NCBI GenBank assembly: GCA_010093745.1
Contig: MU005998.1
Span: 1 to 64,000, forward strand
Direction: 5' to 3'
Source: Piedraia hortae CBS 480.64
Taxonomy: Eukaryota
DNA length: 64,000 nucleotides
This document shows positions 1 through 12,443 of this stretch, one piece after another. The position numbers and the translations under genes were made by a program. Every line of letters begins with the position of its first letter. Position 1 is the stretch's first letter. The notes under the pieces were generated by a model that did not search any database, was not told the origin of the DNA, and worked only from the letters and a program-made list of their open reading frames with translations.

Positions 1-81
1 CGCTCGGCTCTCGACTTCACGCGTCAACTAGTTTTCCGTAGAGATTTGTATGCAGGTACACATCTGCTCACAATTATAATA
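1..81 (+). repeat. Partial copia LTR (truncated by window start)
   Basis: 81/81 identical to 2439-2519, the 3' part of the 5' LTR of the downstream copia element. No PBS follows it, so it is a solo LTR or the 3' LTR of an upstream copy. Confidence 0.95.
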
Positions 82-229
82 CTCCTCGCTGCGCGACCGC
101 AGAAGATAGAGATACCTTAGACAATACCTCAGTTGCACACCGCACTTTCGTCGATTCACTGTAGAACGTCGGAAGGTCGTGATAGAGATAGTCTAACACT
201 GTTGTGCGTGAATTTATTTCGAGAAGCCA

Positions 230-556
230 CATGGCGACGGCTTCTCAGTTCAAACCGAGATCTTCTATTTGGGTAATCTGCTGTACACGATCGCAGTATG
301 GCAGAAGTTCGAATTCAGTCTTGATGTATTTGATGGCCCTCCCGAAATCCCTGAGCGTCATGTCCAACCAGATCTTGATGGCGTTTGTGGCAGCTACTTT
401 ATCGACAAATGTTGGACTGCCCAATACGAAAGCATGGACGACTTGGTAAAGGACTTGACCAATGTCAAAGAAAATCCGTTGTTGGCCAACTGGGAGTTGG
501 TCACAACAGATCCGTTCAGGTTGATTAAACGCAAACCACACGATCTACCAATTTAG
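230..556 (+). pseudogene. C-terminal fragment of a protein-kinase-like gene
   Basis: The frame reads DGFSVQTEIFYLGNLLYTIAVW...PDLDGVCGSYFIDKCWTAQYESMDDLVKDL, resembling kinase subdomains IX-XI of fungal kinases. No N-lobe or HRD/DFG motif is in frame. Confidence 0.45.
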
Positions 557-789
557 AAACATCGATATGTACTACACATGATGCATAACGCAGCAAATGC
601 CTTGTTAGCTTTGTCTGGATTGCTACGTATCGTAATCCTAGACCCGTCTTGATCAACTTGCATGTATAATCTCAGAACAAATGAGGCACAAGAGGCACAA
701 GTGGTGGGTACGCAAGATGAGTACTATTAATAATTTACTATCAAAAATGACATTCCTGTTTTCGTGCGGCCTTCGATGTTAATCACTAA

Positions 790-1026
790 TTACAATCTTT
801 GGGGACCACGACGGCATCGTGCACACACAGCCGGGACCATGATGCCTTCTGGGCCCTTCATCATCCTTTTGGTGGTCGTAACGTAGTGGACAGGCTCTGC
901 AGAGCCACACAAATGACCACGTGCCCTGGCGGCAACGCATTGAACTGGCGTTAGATATGGGGGCCCCATAACGGTATGCCCGCAGTGCGGGTAACGAACG
1001 CGGCTGGGCATGTCTACGCGGCACAT
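790..1026 (-). CDS. Small Cys/His-rich hypothetical protein (78 aa), possible zinc binder
   Basis: ATG in good context (CCAAAAATGTGC). The MC-x-CGH-x-C-x-C-x-CxxC spacing resembles small ascomycete orphan proteins. Confidence 0.45.
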   Translation of the reverse strand: MCRVDMPSRVRYPHCGHTVMGPPYLTPVQCVAARARGHLCGSAEPVHYVTTTKRMMKGPEGIMVPAVCARCRRGPQRL

Positions 1027-2395
1027 TTTTGGCTGAGTGACATTTTAAGCGTGTGGGTTTTAGAAGAATACAAGAAGTCATACCAAAAGTGTTAGTGTCT
1101 TGCCGTGGGGCTAGTGGTGGAGCTTAAGGTGGAGCTGATGGGAGATCTGGCCGGTTAAGTAGGAAAATCGAGCCAGGCTGCAACTCCACTCGGGATCCCT
1201 TTGGCCATGGGATACCATCATGCGTATGAAAGTGTCATAATAGCTCGCAGGGGCGTTTGGAAGAGTCATCGGTTGAGCTCCCTGCCCCCTCTCAGATCTA
1301 GCATCTTTCAGGCACAGCCTTCTTTGGTTGCAGTTGCTAGTAACGCCGTCCTGTTATCGTAATATATTGTCACGGGGAATAATGAGTCGAGGAGACGTGC
1401 TCAACAAGTGGGCTGGACATTTGTTCAGGCTGTAAAGCATGCAACGCCGGGAATTCGTTCGTGACATCTTCCAGGTAAAAACGGGGCAACCCCCTAGGAA
1501 CGCTCCGAGCTGGGAAACTTCTAAGCAATTGATATGATAACCATCAGAGAAGGTTCATGCATGCTGTCGTGATGTTTCGATCAACAATCCCACAGCAGCA
1601 GACTAAACCTCTTTGTTCGCCACTGAACAAACCCCTAAGCATGAGACTCTGGGGTATGCTCATCAGGTGAGTCGGCCACCTATCCAGGCTGTGAAGTATA
1701 CAACGACTGGGTCTCGCTCGTGGCGTCTATTGGGTGCAAATGGCGTAATGGCATTTACAACGCTCCACACTGGGGTTGCCGTACGACACAATACGGTAAC
1801 GACAGGCTCCAGCAAGATCTCAGCGAACTAAAAGCCCTCGTGAGAGTTCATGCATGTCCCAGATCTTGGTCAGGTATCGGTATGTCCTGATTAGACAGTC
1901 TGTGTATGCAAAAATATAGCAGCAGGCTAAATGCCTTCTCGCTACCATACTCCCTGAGCAACACAGCCGCTTGATGACGTACCGCGAAGTTGGACCACGT
2001 GAAAATCGGTGGTGCCAATCAACTCAGCACATCCTGGGTGTCAAATCCCGTTACAGCTTGGGCTGGGTCCACGGTGGTATCCATATGTACTAGCCTGTAT
2101 AATTTAAGACGTGAAGTCTGGGTCAAATGGTGTGTGTAACTGTGTAAGTCCCTACGTGCTATGAGGCAAAAAACCCTGCGAGCCTGGGGCGTTCTAACTT
2201 CACCGATCTAACTCATCTGTCACAGGGCTCACCGTGCTATTTCCACATTGTCAGAAGCTTACCCGTCCTAGATGTAAACTACCCGAAGCAAGATGGTGGC
2301 AGGCTCTAACTTGGATGGTCGATTTCATCATGAAGGGCGCTTAGAACGGCGTCGGGCTGTTTGAGTACCGTACCTTGTGATTTTCGCCCGTCTGG

Positions 2396-2519
2396 TGATG
2401 TGAATATGCGGTATATTACGCGCATTATTAGTAACCGGCGCTCGGCTCTCGACTTCACGCGTCAACTAGTTTTCCGTAGAGATTTGTATGCAGGTACACA
2501 TCTGCTCACAATTATAATA
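2396..2519 (+). repeat. 5' LTR (124 bp, TGATG...ATAATA)
   Basis: Direct repeat of 7384-7511; immediately followed by the PBS. Confidence 0.93.
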
Positions 2520-2531
2520 GGTTATGAGCCC
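2520..2531 (+). promoter_or_regulatory. Primer binding site GGTTATGAGCCC
   Basis: Copia-type PBS motif directly after the 5' LTR. Confidence 0.85.
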
Positions 2532-2597
2532 GGGCTCTACCGCTAACAAGCGCTATTCAAATTGAGTCTCGAAGCGAAAGCGGAGCTTCCAGAGACC

Positions 2598-5500
2598 ATG
2601 AGCTACGAAAGAAAAAGAGCTGTCATTCTCAAGGCTGGAACGCCATTCGAGGCATGGAACGCTGACTTGCAGGGCGCTCTGAGCCTGGCAACAGACAAGA
2701 CCTTGGTCGGACATGTCTTTCACGACATCCCAGCGGTTCGGGCTCGCCCTCAGCCACAGAAAAGAGCCGAAGAAGACCAGGAAAAATATCTTGATAGGTT
2801 AGAAGAATGGAAAATCAGTGACATGGCAGCTGTCAGCGTTATCATAAATAGGCTTGATGAGTCCATTCGTCCAACCATGGACAAGAGCATCCCGGCTCGT
2901 GAAGTTCATCAACAGATATCCGAGACTCATAAGCCGTCGAATTCAACACCTGCTATAGAGGCACTGGCAAACTTGACCAGCACTCGCTTCACTACAACCG
3001 CCGAAGGATATTGCACTACATTTGCCAGAAACCTAAAACCTACCGCAGCGCTCGTCCAAAAGCTACATTATGGCGAATAGCACCACGGGAAGAGTGAGAC
3101 AAACCCATACTATATGACGGACGAGCTTGCCTCGTGGTTTTTTTTTTTTTTTTTCCTTTACCTCGGGACTGTATACACCAAACGTGGCGAGCGACCGGAG
3201 TGATGGCAGACAATTGGCGGCTTGATAATCTCGAACACGTGATGTCCACATTGCGGACAGCTGCGGGAACCAGGGCGCTGACCATGCCGTCACAGCAGCC
3301 ATCGATGCACATGCCGCAGGTCGTCGCAGCAGCCGCAACAGGCACTCCAGATCCCGAATATAGGTGCATAAAGTGCTGGCATAAAAACAAAAACAGGGAG
3401 TGTTCAAGCAACGCCCCGAGCTGGCGCCAACCAATTTCAAGAGCGGAAAAGGCAAAGCAGTTAAGAAGATCCAACCAATGCGTGGTAATGCTGCCCTGGC
3501 AATACAGAGCGATTCCTCGAGCGATGAGGATGTTCACCAGGTAAACATCTCCCCGTCCATTGGCATAAAAACACTTCAGGTGTCTGCTCACGCCTCCAAC
3601 AGCATTAACGTCGAAGCGTTCCTTCTCGACATCCGATCGAGCTACCATTTTATCAAGCATAAAACACCGTTCACATCATTGGAGAGGGTTAACCCTCTTG
3701 TTCGGTTTAGTCAGGCGGTTACCAAAAGTAAAGCCGGAGAAATCGGCAAAGCAACAGTGGGAATAGGAAATACTACATTCCATGTTCCAAAAGCTGCGTA
3801 CTCACCCAACTCGCCGTGTAACATCTTGTCAGCCGAAAGGCTTTGGAGGAAGAATAAAGTGTGGGCCCATAGACTTCTCTGACTCTCATGAAAGAATACA
3901 AGAAAGGATCACAGCCCATCGCAAGGCTGAAAGCAATTAACGACGTGTTGATGATCGTGCCCCTCTCACTGTCTAGTACACAATCGCCAACTGCCTTCAA
4001 AGATATCACCACGGCTCCAGCCGTCTGAAAACGCCTGTCAACCGCCGAACTCTGGCATCAGAGACTTGGACATGTTGGGACAACGATTCTGTCGAGAACG
4101 AAACAGGTAGCCATCGGGCTCGAGGGATCAGATGTCAGAGCTTGCACAATGTGAACCATGCCATCTCGGCAAGGTCCATAGGGTTGCTCTCGGAAACCAC
4201 GACCAATACCTAAGGACCCCATCGACAAGATTCACGTCGATACCGTGGGTCCAGCGGAGCACGATATGTTACAACATCATCGCTGGATATTCATCTCCAC
4301 AGACGCGAACAGCAGGTTTCGATGGGCAATCACAGGTACCATCAAAGAAAAAGCGGCAACGAGCCTGAGGGGCTTTATAATCCAAACGCAGCATCAGTAC
4401 AGCAAAACTGTGAAACTCATATCTTCCCACGGAGGAACCGAATTAAAAAAAAAAAAGAAAGTTCATGACATTGCTCGAGTAAACGGCATGAGATAGATGT
4501 ATCGGCACCTTATGCACCTGAACAGAATGAGACTGCTGAATAATCCAACAAGGTGATTATTCGACGAGCTCGAAGGGTACTTATAGACACCAAGACGCCG
4601 CCAGAGTTGTGGCCATTAGCTGTGCATTATTCATACTACGTAATCAATCACATCAAAACATCAAAACAGAAGCCATACCAGCACAAACGTTCGTGAAAGG
4701 CTTGGGCCAACCCACTGACGACCAATTAAATTTGAGCCACCTGAAAAGGTTTGGTTACAAAGCCTATCCATTGATCCAACCGAATGCCCAATCTATCTAA
4801 ATGGGTTCCACGAGCAGATGTTGGCTGGTTTGTAGGGTTTCAACCGAATACGATGACAAACTACAAAATTCTTGTTTGGAGATGGAATAACAGACTCAAC
4901 CCCTATCGACCCGTCATCATCATTACGCCTCATGTCTCGTTCGATGAGCAATCTGTCTATGGCGATTTGCTTACACTTACACAGCAGCAGCAGCAGACTG
5001 ACTCCGGTTGGGCTAGCTCACCGGTTGATTCTCTCCACTGGGGCCATTCGACGACATATCAGCCCACGGGAAGCCCAGAGCACGTCGAAATTTTCCAAAC
5101 AGTAGTCAATGAACTCTCAAATTCGGCTGCCACATCATCAAATGTTTACCCTACACCTTCGCAAGACGTTGTAATGGAAGACGAGGGCTTCCCGCCCGTG
5201 CCCAGCACAATCCAAGCCCAGTCATCACCGACACAGGATGTCTTTATGACAGATTTCCCGTCTCCGCAGCTCGAGGGGGAGAATGAAACCACCGAAGGAG
5301 TGACAAGCGTGCGAAGCGATCAGGAAGACCCGGGTAATTTTGGAATTGGAAAGCGTGGACCTGCGAACGAAGATGAAGAGGAAGTCGTGGAACAGGGGGA
5401 GCAACATCAAGAACTAGTCGAATATCATTACTTGGTCACCTCACAGCCAGGAGCGGAAATCAACATGTCAGACTGTGAGACGACCACTGACGAAGTACAA

Positions 5501-7363
5501 TCTCAAGCTGAAAGCGAAGATAGCAATGCCCAAAACGCGCTCGTTGTGAGGAAACCAATGGAGAATGAAGTCCAAACTGCACAGGACTATCAAATGGATG
5601 AGTTTGCAGATGAGTCCAAAGAAATCATCGACACGCCAATGTTGCCATTTGAACCACCTAGATATGCGGGCAAGAAACGGCTACACTATCCTTCTCCGCC
5701 GCCAGCACCAGAAGAACGTGTCTGGACAAGACGTGGAAGATCAGTGGTCAAGCATGATTACAAGCGGTTGAATACCGGCGAGGACATATTCCCAGGAAAT
5801 ATTCCAACCATGACAGCAGCAGCGCAAGGAATTCCAAGAACACTCAAAGAAGCAGTCAAAAGCCCTGATGCGACCAAGTGGAGAGCAGCGGTACAGGCCG
5901 AAATCGAACGCCTGCAAGAATCCGGAACCATTGAAGTGATTGGCAGAACAGAGTTGCTAAAGCACCAAAAGGTGATGACAGGGAAGTGGGTCCTTGCGAA
6001 GAAGCATAATCCCGACGGATCTGTTGAGAAATAAAGAGCACAGTGGAACGCCCGCGGCTGTATCCAAGTGGCCGGTGCGGATTACACTGAAACTTTTGCG
6101 CCAGCTCCCTGGGCAGCAACTGGAAGAGTCCTTCTCGGACTGGCAATGCAGCATAGTTGGCATAGGATTCGGATGGATGCAGCCGCTGCATTCCTCAATC
6201 CAGACTTAGGCGTCGAACCCTACATTGAAATGTCAGAGAGATTCAAGCAGCCAGGGAGAATTATTCGCTTGTACAAAGCACTTTACGGCCTTAAACAATC
6301 GGTCGCGTTTTGGTACGATCATGCAAGAGTAAAATTACGACGCCTGGGATTCCGCAAAACAGATTCGGATGCCTGCTTGTGCGTCAATATGTCCAAAACA
6401 GCCTACATCATCATGAACGTTGATGACTTGCAGATCATCAGTAAATACAAGGAGGAGCTGGACAGAGTGGTCGCCGAACTTCACCAAGCATATCTGATGA
6501 AAGTCGTCACCAACAACCTCTACCTGGGCATAGAACTTCAAGAAAGTGATACTGAAATCAAGCTTAGTCAAACACACTATGCTTTGAAGCTGTTAAAGCG
6601 AAACGGCCTAGAAGAATGTAACCCAGCCCAGATGCCATTAGAAAGAATGTGTGAGCCCAATCCAGAGAAAGAGGCACCGTCAGCGAGACTCAAGGAATAC
6701 GATCAGCTGATTGGAGGCTTGCAGTACCTGTCGAACCACACCAGGCTTGATATTGCCCATGCTACTAATCACTTGGCTCGATTCTTGGCTAATCCATTCT
6801 CGGACCATGTGGTAGCAGCTCGCCGAATTCTACGATATGTAAAGGGGACGATTGACAGAGGCATATTTTGTCGAAAGCAACAAGACGGTACGAACGTCGT
6901 TGCGTATTCCGATGCAGACTTTGCTGGTAACCCATCCACGTCAAGATCAACAGCCGGGTCTCTCATAATGCTAAACGGAGCGCCCGTTGTCTGGAGGTCA
7001 AAACTGCACTGGGACGTGGTACTCTCTTCGACAGAAGTTGAAAATTTGGCTCTAACTGAAACCTATCGCGAGCATTTGTGGGTGAGGAATCCCTTCGAGG
7101 AATTGAATGTCAACATCAATCAATCATCGAATGGCATCTCGATTTTCATTGACAATCAGTCAGCCATCGCGCTGACCAAAAACCATGATAATCATCGGTC
7201 GAAGCACGTCGATCTGCGAAACCACTTTTGTCGCAGGCAGTATGAGAGGAAGAATGTGGATGTCAAGTGCATTCCAACGAAAGAACAGAAAGCAGACTCC
7301 CTGACTAAAGCGCGGTCATCTATCCCTATCTTTTGGTCGAAACCGCGCACCGTGGAGTACTGA
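2598..7363 (+). pseudogene. Copia gag-pol polyprotein broken by frameshifts and stops
   Basis: Gag (2598-3080), zinc knuckle CIKC..(~3365), protease FLLDIRSSYHF (~3620), GAG-pre-integrase LWHQRLGH (~4050), integrase core (~4200-4700), RT (LYKALYGLKQS, NVDD in place of YVDD), RNase H (YSDADFAG, DNQSAI, KHVDLR, ADSLTK). Confidence 0.93.
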
Positions 7364-7374
7364 ACTGAATTAGC

Positions 7375-7383
7375 AAGGGGGAG
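7375..7383 (+). promoter_or_regulatory. Polypurine tract
   Basis: AAGGGGGAG immediately before the TG of the 3' LTR. Confidence 0.85.
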
Positions 7384-7511
7384 TGTTGTGAATATGCGGT
7401 ATATTACGCGCATTATTAGTAATCGGTGTTCGTCTCTCGACTTGACGCGTCAACTAGTTTTCTGTAGTGAGTTGTATGCATACTGATAGACATCTACTCA
7501 CAAATATAACA
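7384..7511 (+). repeat. 3' LTR (128 bp, TGTTG...ATAACA)
   Basis: Canonical TG...CA ends; homologous to 2396-2519 with about a dozen substitutions and a short indel. Confidence 0.93.
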
Positions 7512-8464
7512 CTATTCAACATCATAAACCATCCCGTTTGAAACATCTTCACTTGTAGCTGCTCAATACTACATGGTCCGAGATGCGTAAAGCTGAATCA
7601 AAAGTACTCCCTGGACAAGTGTTCCACGCGCTGCACCTGCACTAGCACCCATGCAGCCTTTCGCAGACAGCACTATCTCCGAATCTTTCTCCAATCTCCC
7701 CACCTGCGAAACAATTTTCCACCGGCTCGCAAGTATATGACATCCTCTCACCGCCCAGAGGAAGATGGCAATGGCCAGCGGAGGGTTGACCGAAAGATGT
7801 GTATACAAGAGGGGAATATGATACGCGCCCACGCAAGAGGTGGAATCGAACGCGTTCATCGCAAGGCACCACTTATCCCAATCCACAGAATACCACAAAC
7901 CCGCGAAGCATCTGCAATCGATTGTTCTAGATCAAGCATAACATCCTTCTATGCAGCTATGGAATAGATCCCCCGCCATTCATTTCCTTGTGCATGCATA
8001 TACATTTGCAACCGCGCCCCATCCTTTGGAGAAGGAAGCAGCGCCGTCGACATGCGTTAGGATCAGCATCAGCATCAGCATCGGCAGGGCAGGGCAGGGC
8101 AGAACACCGATGAAGCACCGGCAGGAAAGTTGGAAGATGATACGGATAGTAGACCATCCTAGTTCATAGAATTGAGTTGAGTATCATGACTTGGGTCCAC
8201 CTCCCGTAGAAGCTCTATTTCGTCAGTTAGCTCCAGTCACTCTCTTTCGAGAATCCACACCGTGTGTTTAAAACCCAACAAGTCCCCAAAAGCAAAGCGA
8301 GAAATAGCGGTGTACAAAAAAAAGAACCCGTTCTCCACATGGTTTCTTTTTCCTAACGGTCAGCCATCGGCTCTGCTCGGCATTTGGATTTTTAGCAAAT
8401 TGCGCCATGATCAACTTCCTTAGGGCTGAGATGTTGCTTTTCTTTTGATTTAGATTACTTCTGG

Positions 8465-9240
8465 GTTGTTACGGCTGATTTGGTCACTGCTTTATTGTGG
8501 CTACCGCGTGCAAGATGGGTGTGGAGTTGGGTGGCTTGTGGAAGCCGGGAAATGTGTGGCTGCATTTGACAAGCTGTTGTGGTGTAACACGATAGGGCTA
8601 TTTCGTAGTCATAGATCTTGATGGGAATTTGTCTTAGGGGGTGGGGATAACTAGGTGGGCAATGGCCAGGGTGTGCGGTTGATTAGATAAGCGGTCTTGA
8701 CTTAACTTAATGAGGCTATAGCGTAGCAGGTGTTGGTTGTGTTTCTTTTGGGGTATTCACAAGGCTCAAAGCTTCTAAGGAGGGGTTAGCATGTGGCTGA
8801 TTTGACAAGCAGTTGTAGTGTAACTAGATAAGGCCATTGCGTACCGACGTTTTTCTTACATTTGGTTAAGTGGTTGTGGGTTCGGAGAAAGCTGAAAGCT
8901 TCCACGGTGGGGTTCAAGCGTCTGGACAGGTGGGCGGTTACGATGTAACTCAAATGGGTACTTTGGCTTGAAAGATAGGGGGATTTTTGGAGAGATCGTG
9001 GTGCTGGCTAGGAGCCTGAGTGGGTTGTGGCTGTGCTGACAAGATAAGACAGTTATGGTTTAACTCAATATGCCGATTGCTTACCTCCATCTAGGCTTGC
9101 GCTTCCCTTGAAGGGTTAGGGCCGAGTGTGGGATGGATTCTGGTGATTTGGAAGGATGAAGACTTTTATGATACGGCGAGGTCAAATCAAGTGGCTGAAC
9201 TAAGAGATGATCATGGTGTGACTCGGGTAAACTATGCCAT
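8465..9240 (-). repeat. Degenerate tandem array, ~119-bp period, with an intron-like conserved core
   Basis: A core like GTGGCTG(C)ATTTGACAAGCwGTTGTrGTGTAAC...GGCyATTkCGTA recurs at ~8555, 8673, 8792, ~8910 and 9026 (weaker at 8471 and 9190) with variable spacers. Confidence 0.7.
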
Positions 9241-9601
9241 TAAACAACTCAGGGTTGAGGGACATTGCTTTTGTGTGATGGGGATTACGGAGTGAGATGT
9301 GATTGCGCTTGAAGGCCTCAGCCTCTTCCATGGTGGGTCAGAAAGAGGCTTCACCGGCAAGTTGATTATGGGCCCAGCAAGTATCCTAATGAATTCAGTA
9401 AGATCAAAGGACACGGTTATTTCATTCGCTACGGAAAATAAGGATGATTCGTAGCTACTGAAAACACACTTGCTTCGTGTGATTCTCCACAGGTGAATGC
9501 TTAATAAAATGACGACATACCCCAGCCCGACCGCTGCATTACTTCCCTCTTAATGTTCATGCTCGGTATAGAGATGTCTACCTGGGTATTCGTAAAGGTG
9601 A

Positions 9602-11142
9602 TTATCGAAGCGTTGCGACAATGTTCATGTTGGATTGAATGTGTACGTTATGGGCGTGCGAGTTGATTCCTTTCAGCGGGTCGACGATTGCCCATTCGAA
9701 GTTTCGCATCAACTATTATAGATTCTTCGTTAGTGATTTGGTTTCTTTGTGGTGGGAAAATTGGTGGTTACCTCGTAGAGAGCTTTGTGTAACTCCATCA
9801 TCGCAATGTGTCTGCCGAGGCAGAGGAAGCGCCCGCTGCCGAAGACGGTGTCAACGGTTCTCTTGTATCTTATTCTCGTCTCTGGGCTTGTGTTGATCCA
9901 TCGCTCAGGGCGGAACAAATGCGCATCTTCGCCAAAGATTTCGGGATTGCGGCAGAGGGCGCTGTCGCAGGTGGCTACCTCAGTCCCTGCGGGAAAGTAG
10001 TAGCCCTTGATGGTGTCACCACCGGGTGGTGCTACCTTGGACTTGAGCCCAAACAACGGCGGGTACATGCGGAGACCTTCCCATAGACATGCACTGAGGA
10101 ATGGAAGTCGCTGCGCTTCATTATAGGAGATGACCGGATACGATACGTCTGCAGCGGCAGCATCGACTTCAGCGCGCAGAATATTGTAGGCCACCGGTGT
10201 GCCGATGAGCAAAAAGAGAGTTATGCGCAAGACGGTAGAAGTTGAGTCAGAGCCGGCAATGATCTGCAAGAAAGCTTCAGCTTCACTCTGAAGTTGCGTT
10301 AAGCCGTGGCTGACAAAATGACCGAGCATATCATTCTTAACCACTTTGGGCTGTTTCTGCCCAGCTTGTACATAACGCTCTGCGACAGAACCGCGCGCAA
10401 TGGCCAGCAAAGGACCCATGCCCACCCGATCCGTTTCTTTGGGTGCCGTCAAATGCTGCATCAACGATGACTGCAAGATTGCACGGAAAAACCGATGATT
10501 GACTGCCCACTCCAGTACAAGAGTGAACTGTGAAGTTTTCTCGTCATACTTCCACAAGTCCTTGTTCGCAGCCATGAAACCAAACGGACGGCCAAAAGCA
10601 ACACTGCTGAGGACATCCAGGGTGAAGAACCTGACAACTGCCGCAAGATCCATGTCCCTACCACGGTATTCCCGGCGTATCAGTTCAATCAACTCCACCA
10701 CCCGCTCATCGATGGTCGGCTCCAGAGTGTCAATGTCTCGACCGTTGTAAGCCCCGGATTCCTTGGACCGCAGCGTTGCGTGAACATGCTCATCTCTGGT
10801 CGAGAAAACAGTATCCTGGCGAGGGTCCAGCTTGACACCATTGTACCATTCAGACCGTCGCCATCGCGAGCCCGGAGCATTGAGATGCCGAACTATATCA
10901 GCGTCGTTTGTCACCAAGAGATTAGGTCCGATGCGTGCAACTGAGCCGTTCTCCTTAATGGCATCAAACTGAGCTTCGTGGACACGGGCTCGGCACGACT
11001 GCCAGAACAACCACGCGCGGCTGCAACCGGCCAAAAAGGGACCACCAAATTGGCGGAGACGACGGTAGTTCACGCAAGCGCCAACTATGGCATAGACCAA
11101 GAAGGCAGCGGCCACGAGCACCAGGGCACTGGCAAGTGCCAT
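9602..11142 (-). CDS. Cytochrome P450 monooxygenase (pisatin-demethylase-like group)
   Basis: N-terminal TM anchor, AGSDST I-helix, EGLR, PERW, heme motif FGSGRFLCLG. Intron 9713-9771 (GTAACC...CTAAC...TAG) gives the C-terminus LMRNFEWAIVDP...ATLR*. Confidence 0.95.
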
Positions 11143-12443
11143 GTCTCGGACGAAATTTGCGCAAAGTCAATCAGAAACGGTGTGCAGCGCAATGCGCAAG
11201 TGTTCCAGTTTATTGGGAACGGGTGGGACAAAATTTCATGCTGGCACGGCGGGGGAGACTTGAGGCAGTTAGGGCAACTGAGAAGGGGCGTGAATGATAA
11301 CAATCTGCAGTGGATGTGACGCGTTCAGTCTCAACGCTAAAGGCTTGAGAGGCAACGACGCTATGCTACGCCCCAACGGCAGTGCCGCAGACCGCTATTG
11401 CATTATGACCGGAGGTCCGCGCTGCCGCCTTCCGTGCTCGACGTTTGCGCGCACGTGGTTTGTGATGCAATCTAACGACGCGAAGAAAATACGCTTTCGC
11501 CGTGAGCTTCGGAGCTGCAGCAAACTTGCAGCTCATCGGTCTGATCCAGGCCGCAGCTTCAATCTATCATGATCCGAGCGGAATGAGCGGAACGAGCCCT
11601 CTCGCCAATCCCCGCGCATGCACGCGCTAAGGCACGCCCGCGCGAGATCTCGGGCGTACGCTCGTCATATAGATGGGGCCCCAATGGCTGTTGTCGCTTC
11701 CGAGATTACTGAAAGTAGCTACCATCAATAATGTCGGGCCGACGTTATTGACGGAAGCTAGTTTGAGGGATTGCGGTTCGCGGATACGCGCCGTTATGCT
11801 TGTCACTAGCCCCGAGCTTGATTTATTGAGCTTGTAGTACAAACGTTGTTGCTCCCGTTCAGGGCCCCGTCTCGGGTGGCGGGTTTACTGCAGGGTCTGC
11901 AGCTGGGATTTCCAAAGACCTTCTAGTTTGCAAACAGCCCCTCCGTCTCCAATGGCGTCGCGCAGTGTGCAGCCCCCAATTTCGAGATGACTGGTTACGC
12001 GAACCTCCTGGTCTGGGAGGTCGCTGGCCGGGCACCCTGGTCGGAGAAAAAGCCCGTGTGGCGTTTTCGACAGCCAACCGCGCACACAGGCGTGGCTGCC
12101 AAGCTCGGGCGGCTGCGCAAACAGCCGTCAAATAAGAGAGCCGTCTCAACCGTTACAATAGAAAAAGTCTGTTATCGGGACGGAACTCTGACTCTTTTAA
12201 CATTTGGGGCCTCTTGCCTCAACTAGCTGGTCGTCCACGACTCGTTTGTCTTGTTGCCTCAGGCATCCTTCCCACCCAGTGACCACCCTCCTACCGACGC
12301 AGCGGTATCGTAGCCATCCTGAAATGACTTTTGCACACCCGCTCGTTGTCCCGCCCCGCCCGTGCTCCGCTGTAAAAGTCTGCTCTGTAGCCGCCGTTCA
12401 TGCCTGCAGCTGTTCCACTGTCCTTGAATCGTAGACTGCCAAA

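Larger units (their letters stand above)
2396..7511 (+). mobile_element. Ty1/copia LTR retrotransposon, degenerate
   Basis: Two LTRs, PBS GGTTATGAGCCC, PPT AAGGGGGAG and domain order gag-PR-IN-RT-RH. Confidence 0.96.

Noticed and set aside
1368..1466. TGTCACG...CGTGACA bounded 99-bp segment (possible solo LTR)
   Set aside because: No target-site duplication and no second copy in the window.
8062..8101. (ATCAGC)n and (AGGGC)n short repeats
   Set aside because: Ordinary microsatellites; not telomeric or coding.
8465..9240. CRISPR array interpretation of the repeat-spacer pattern
   Set aside because: Fungal context, highly degenerate ~55-bp repeats, no cas genes; splice signals explain the core better.
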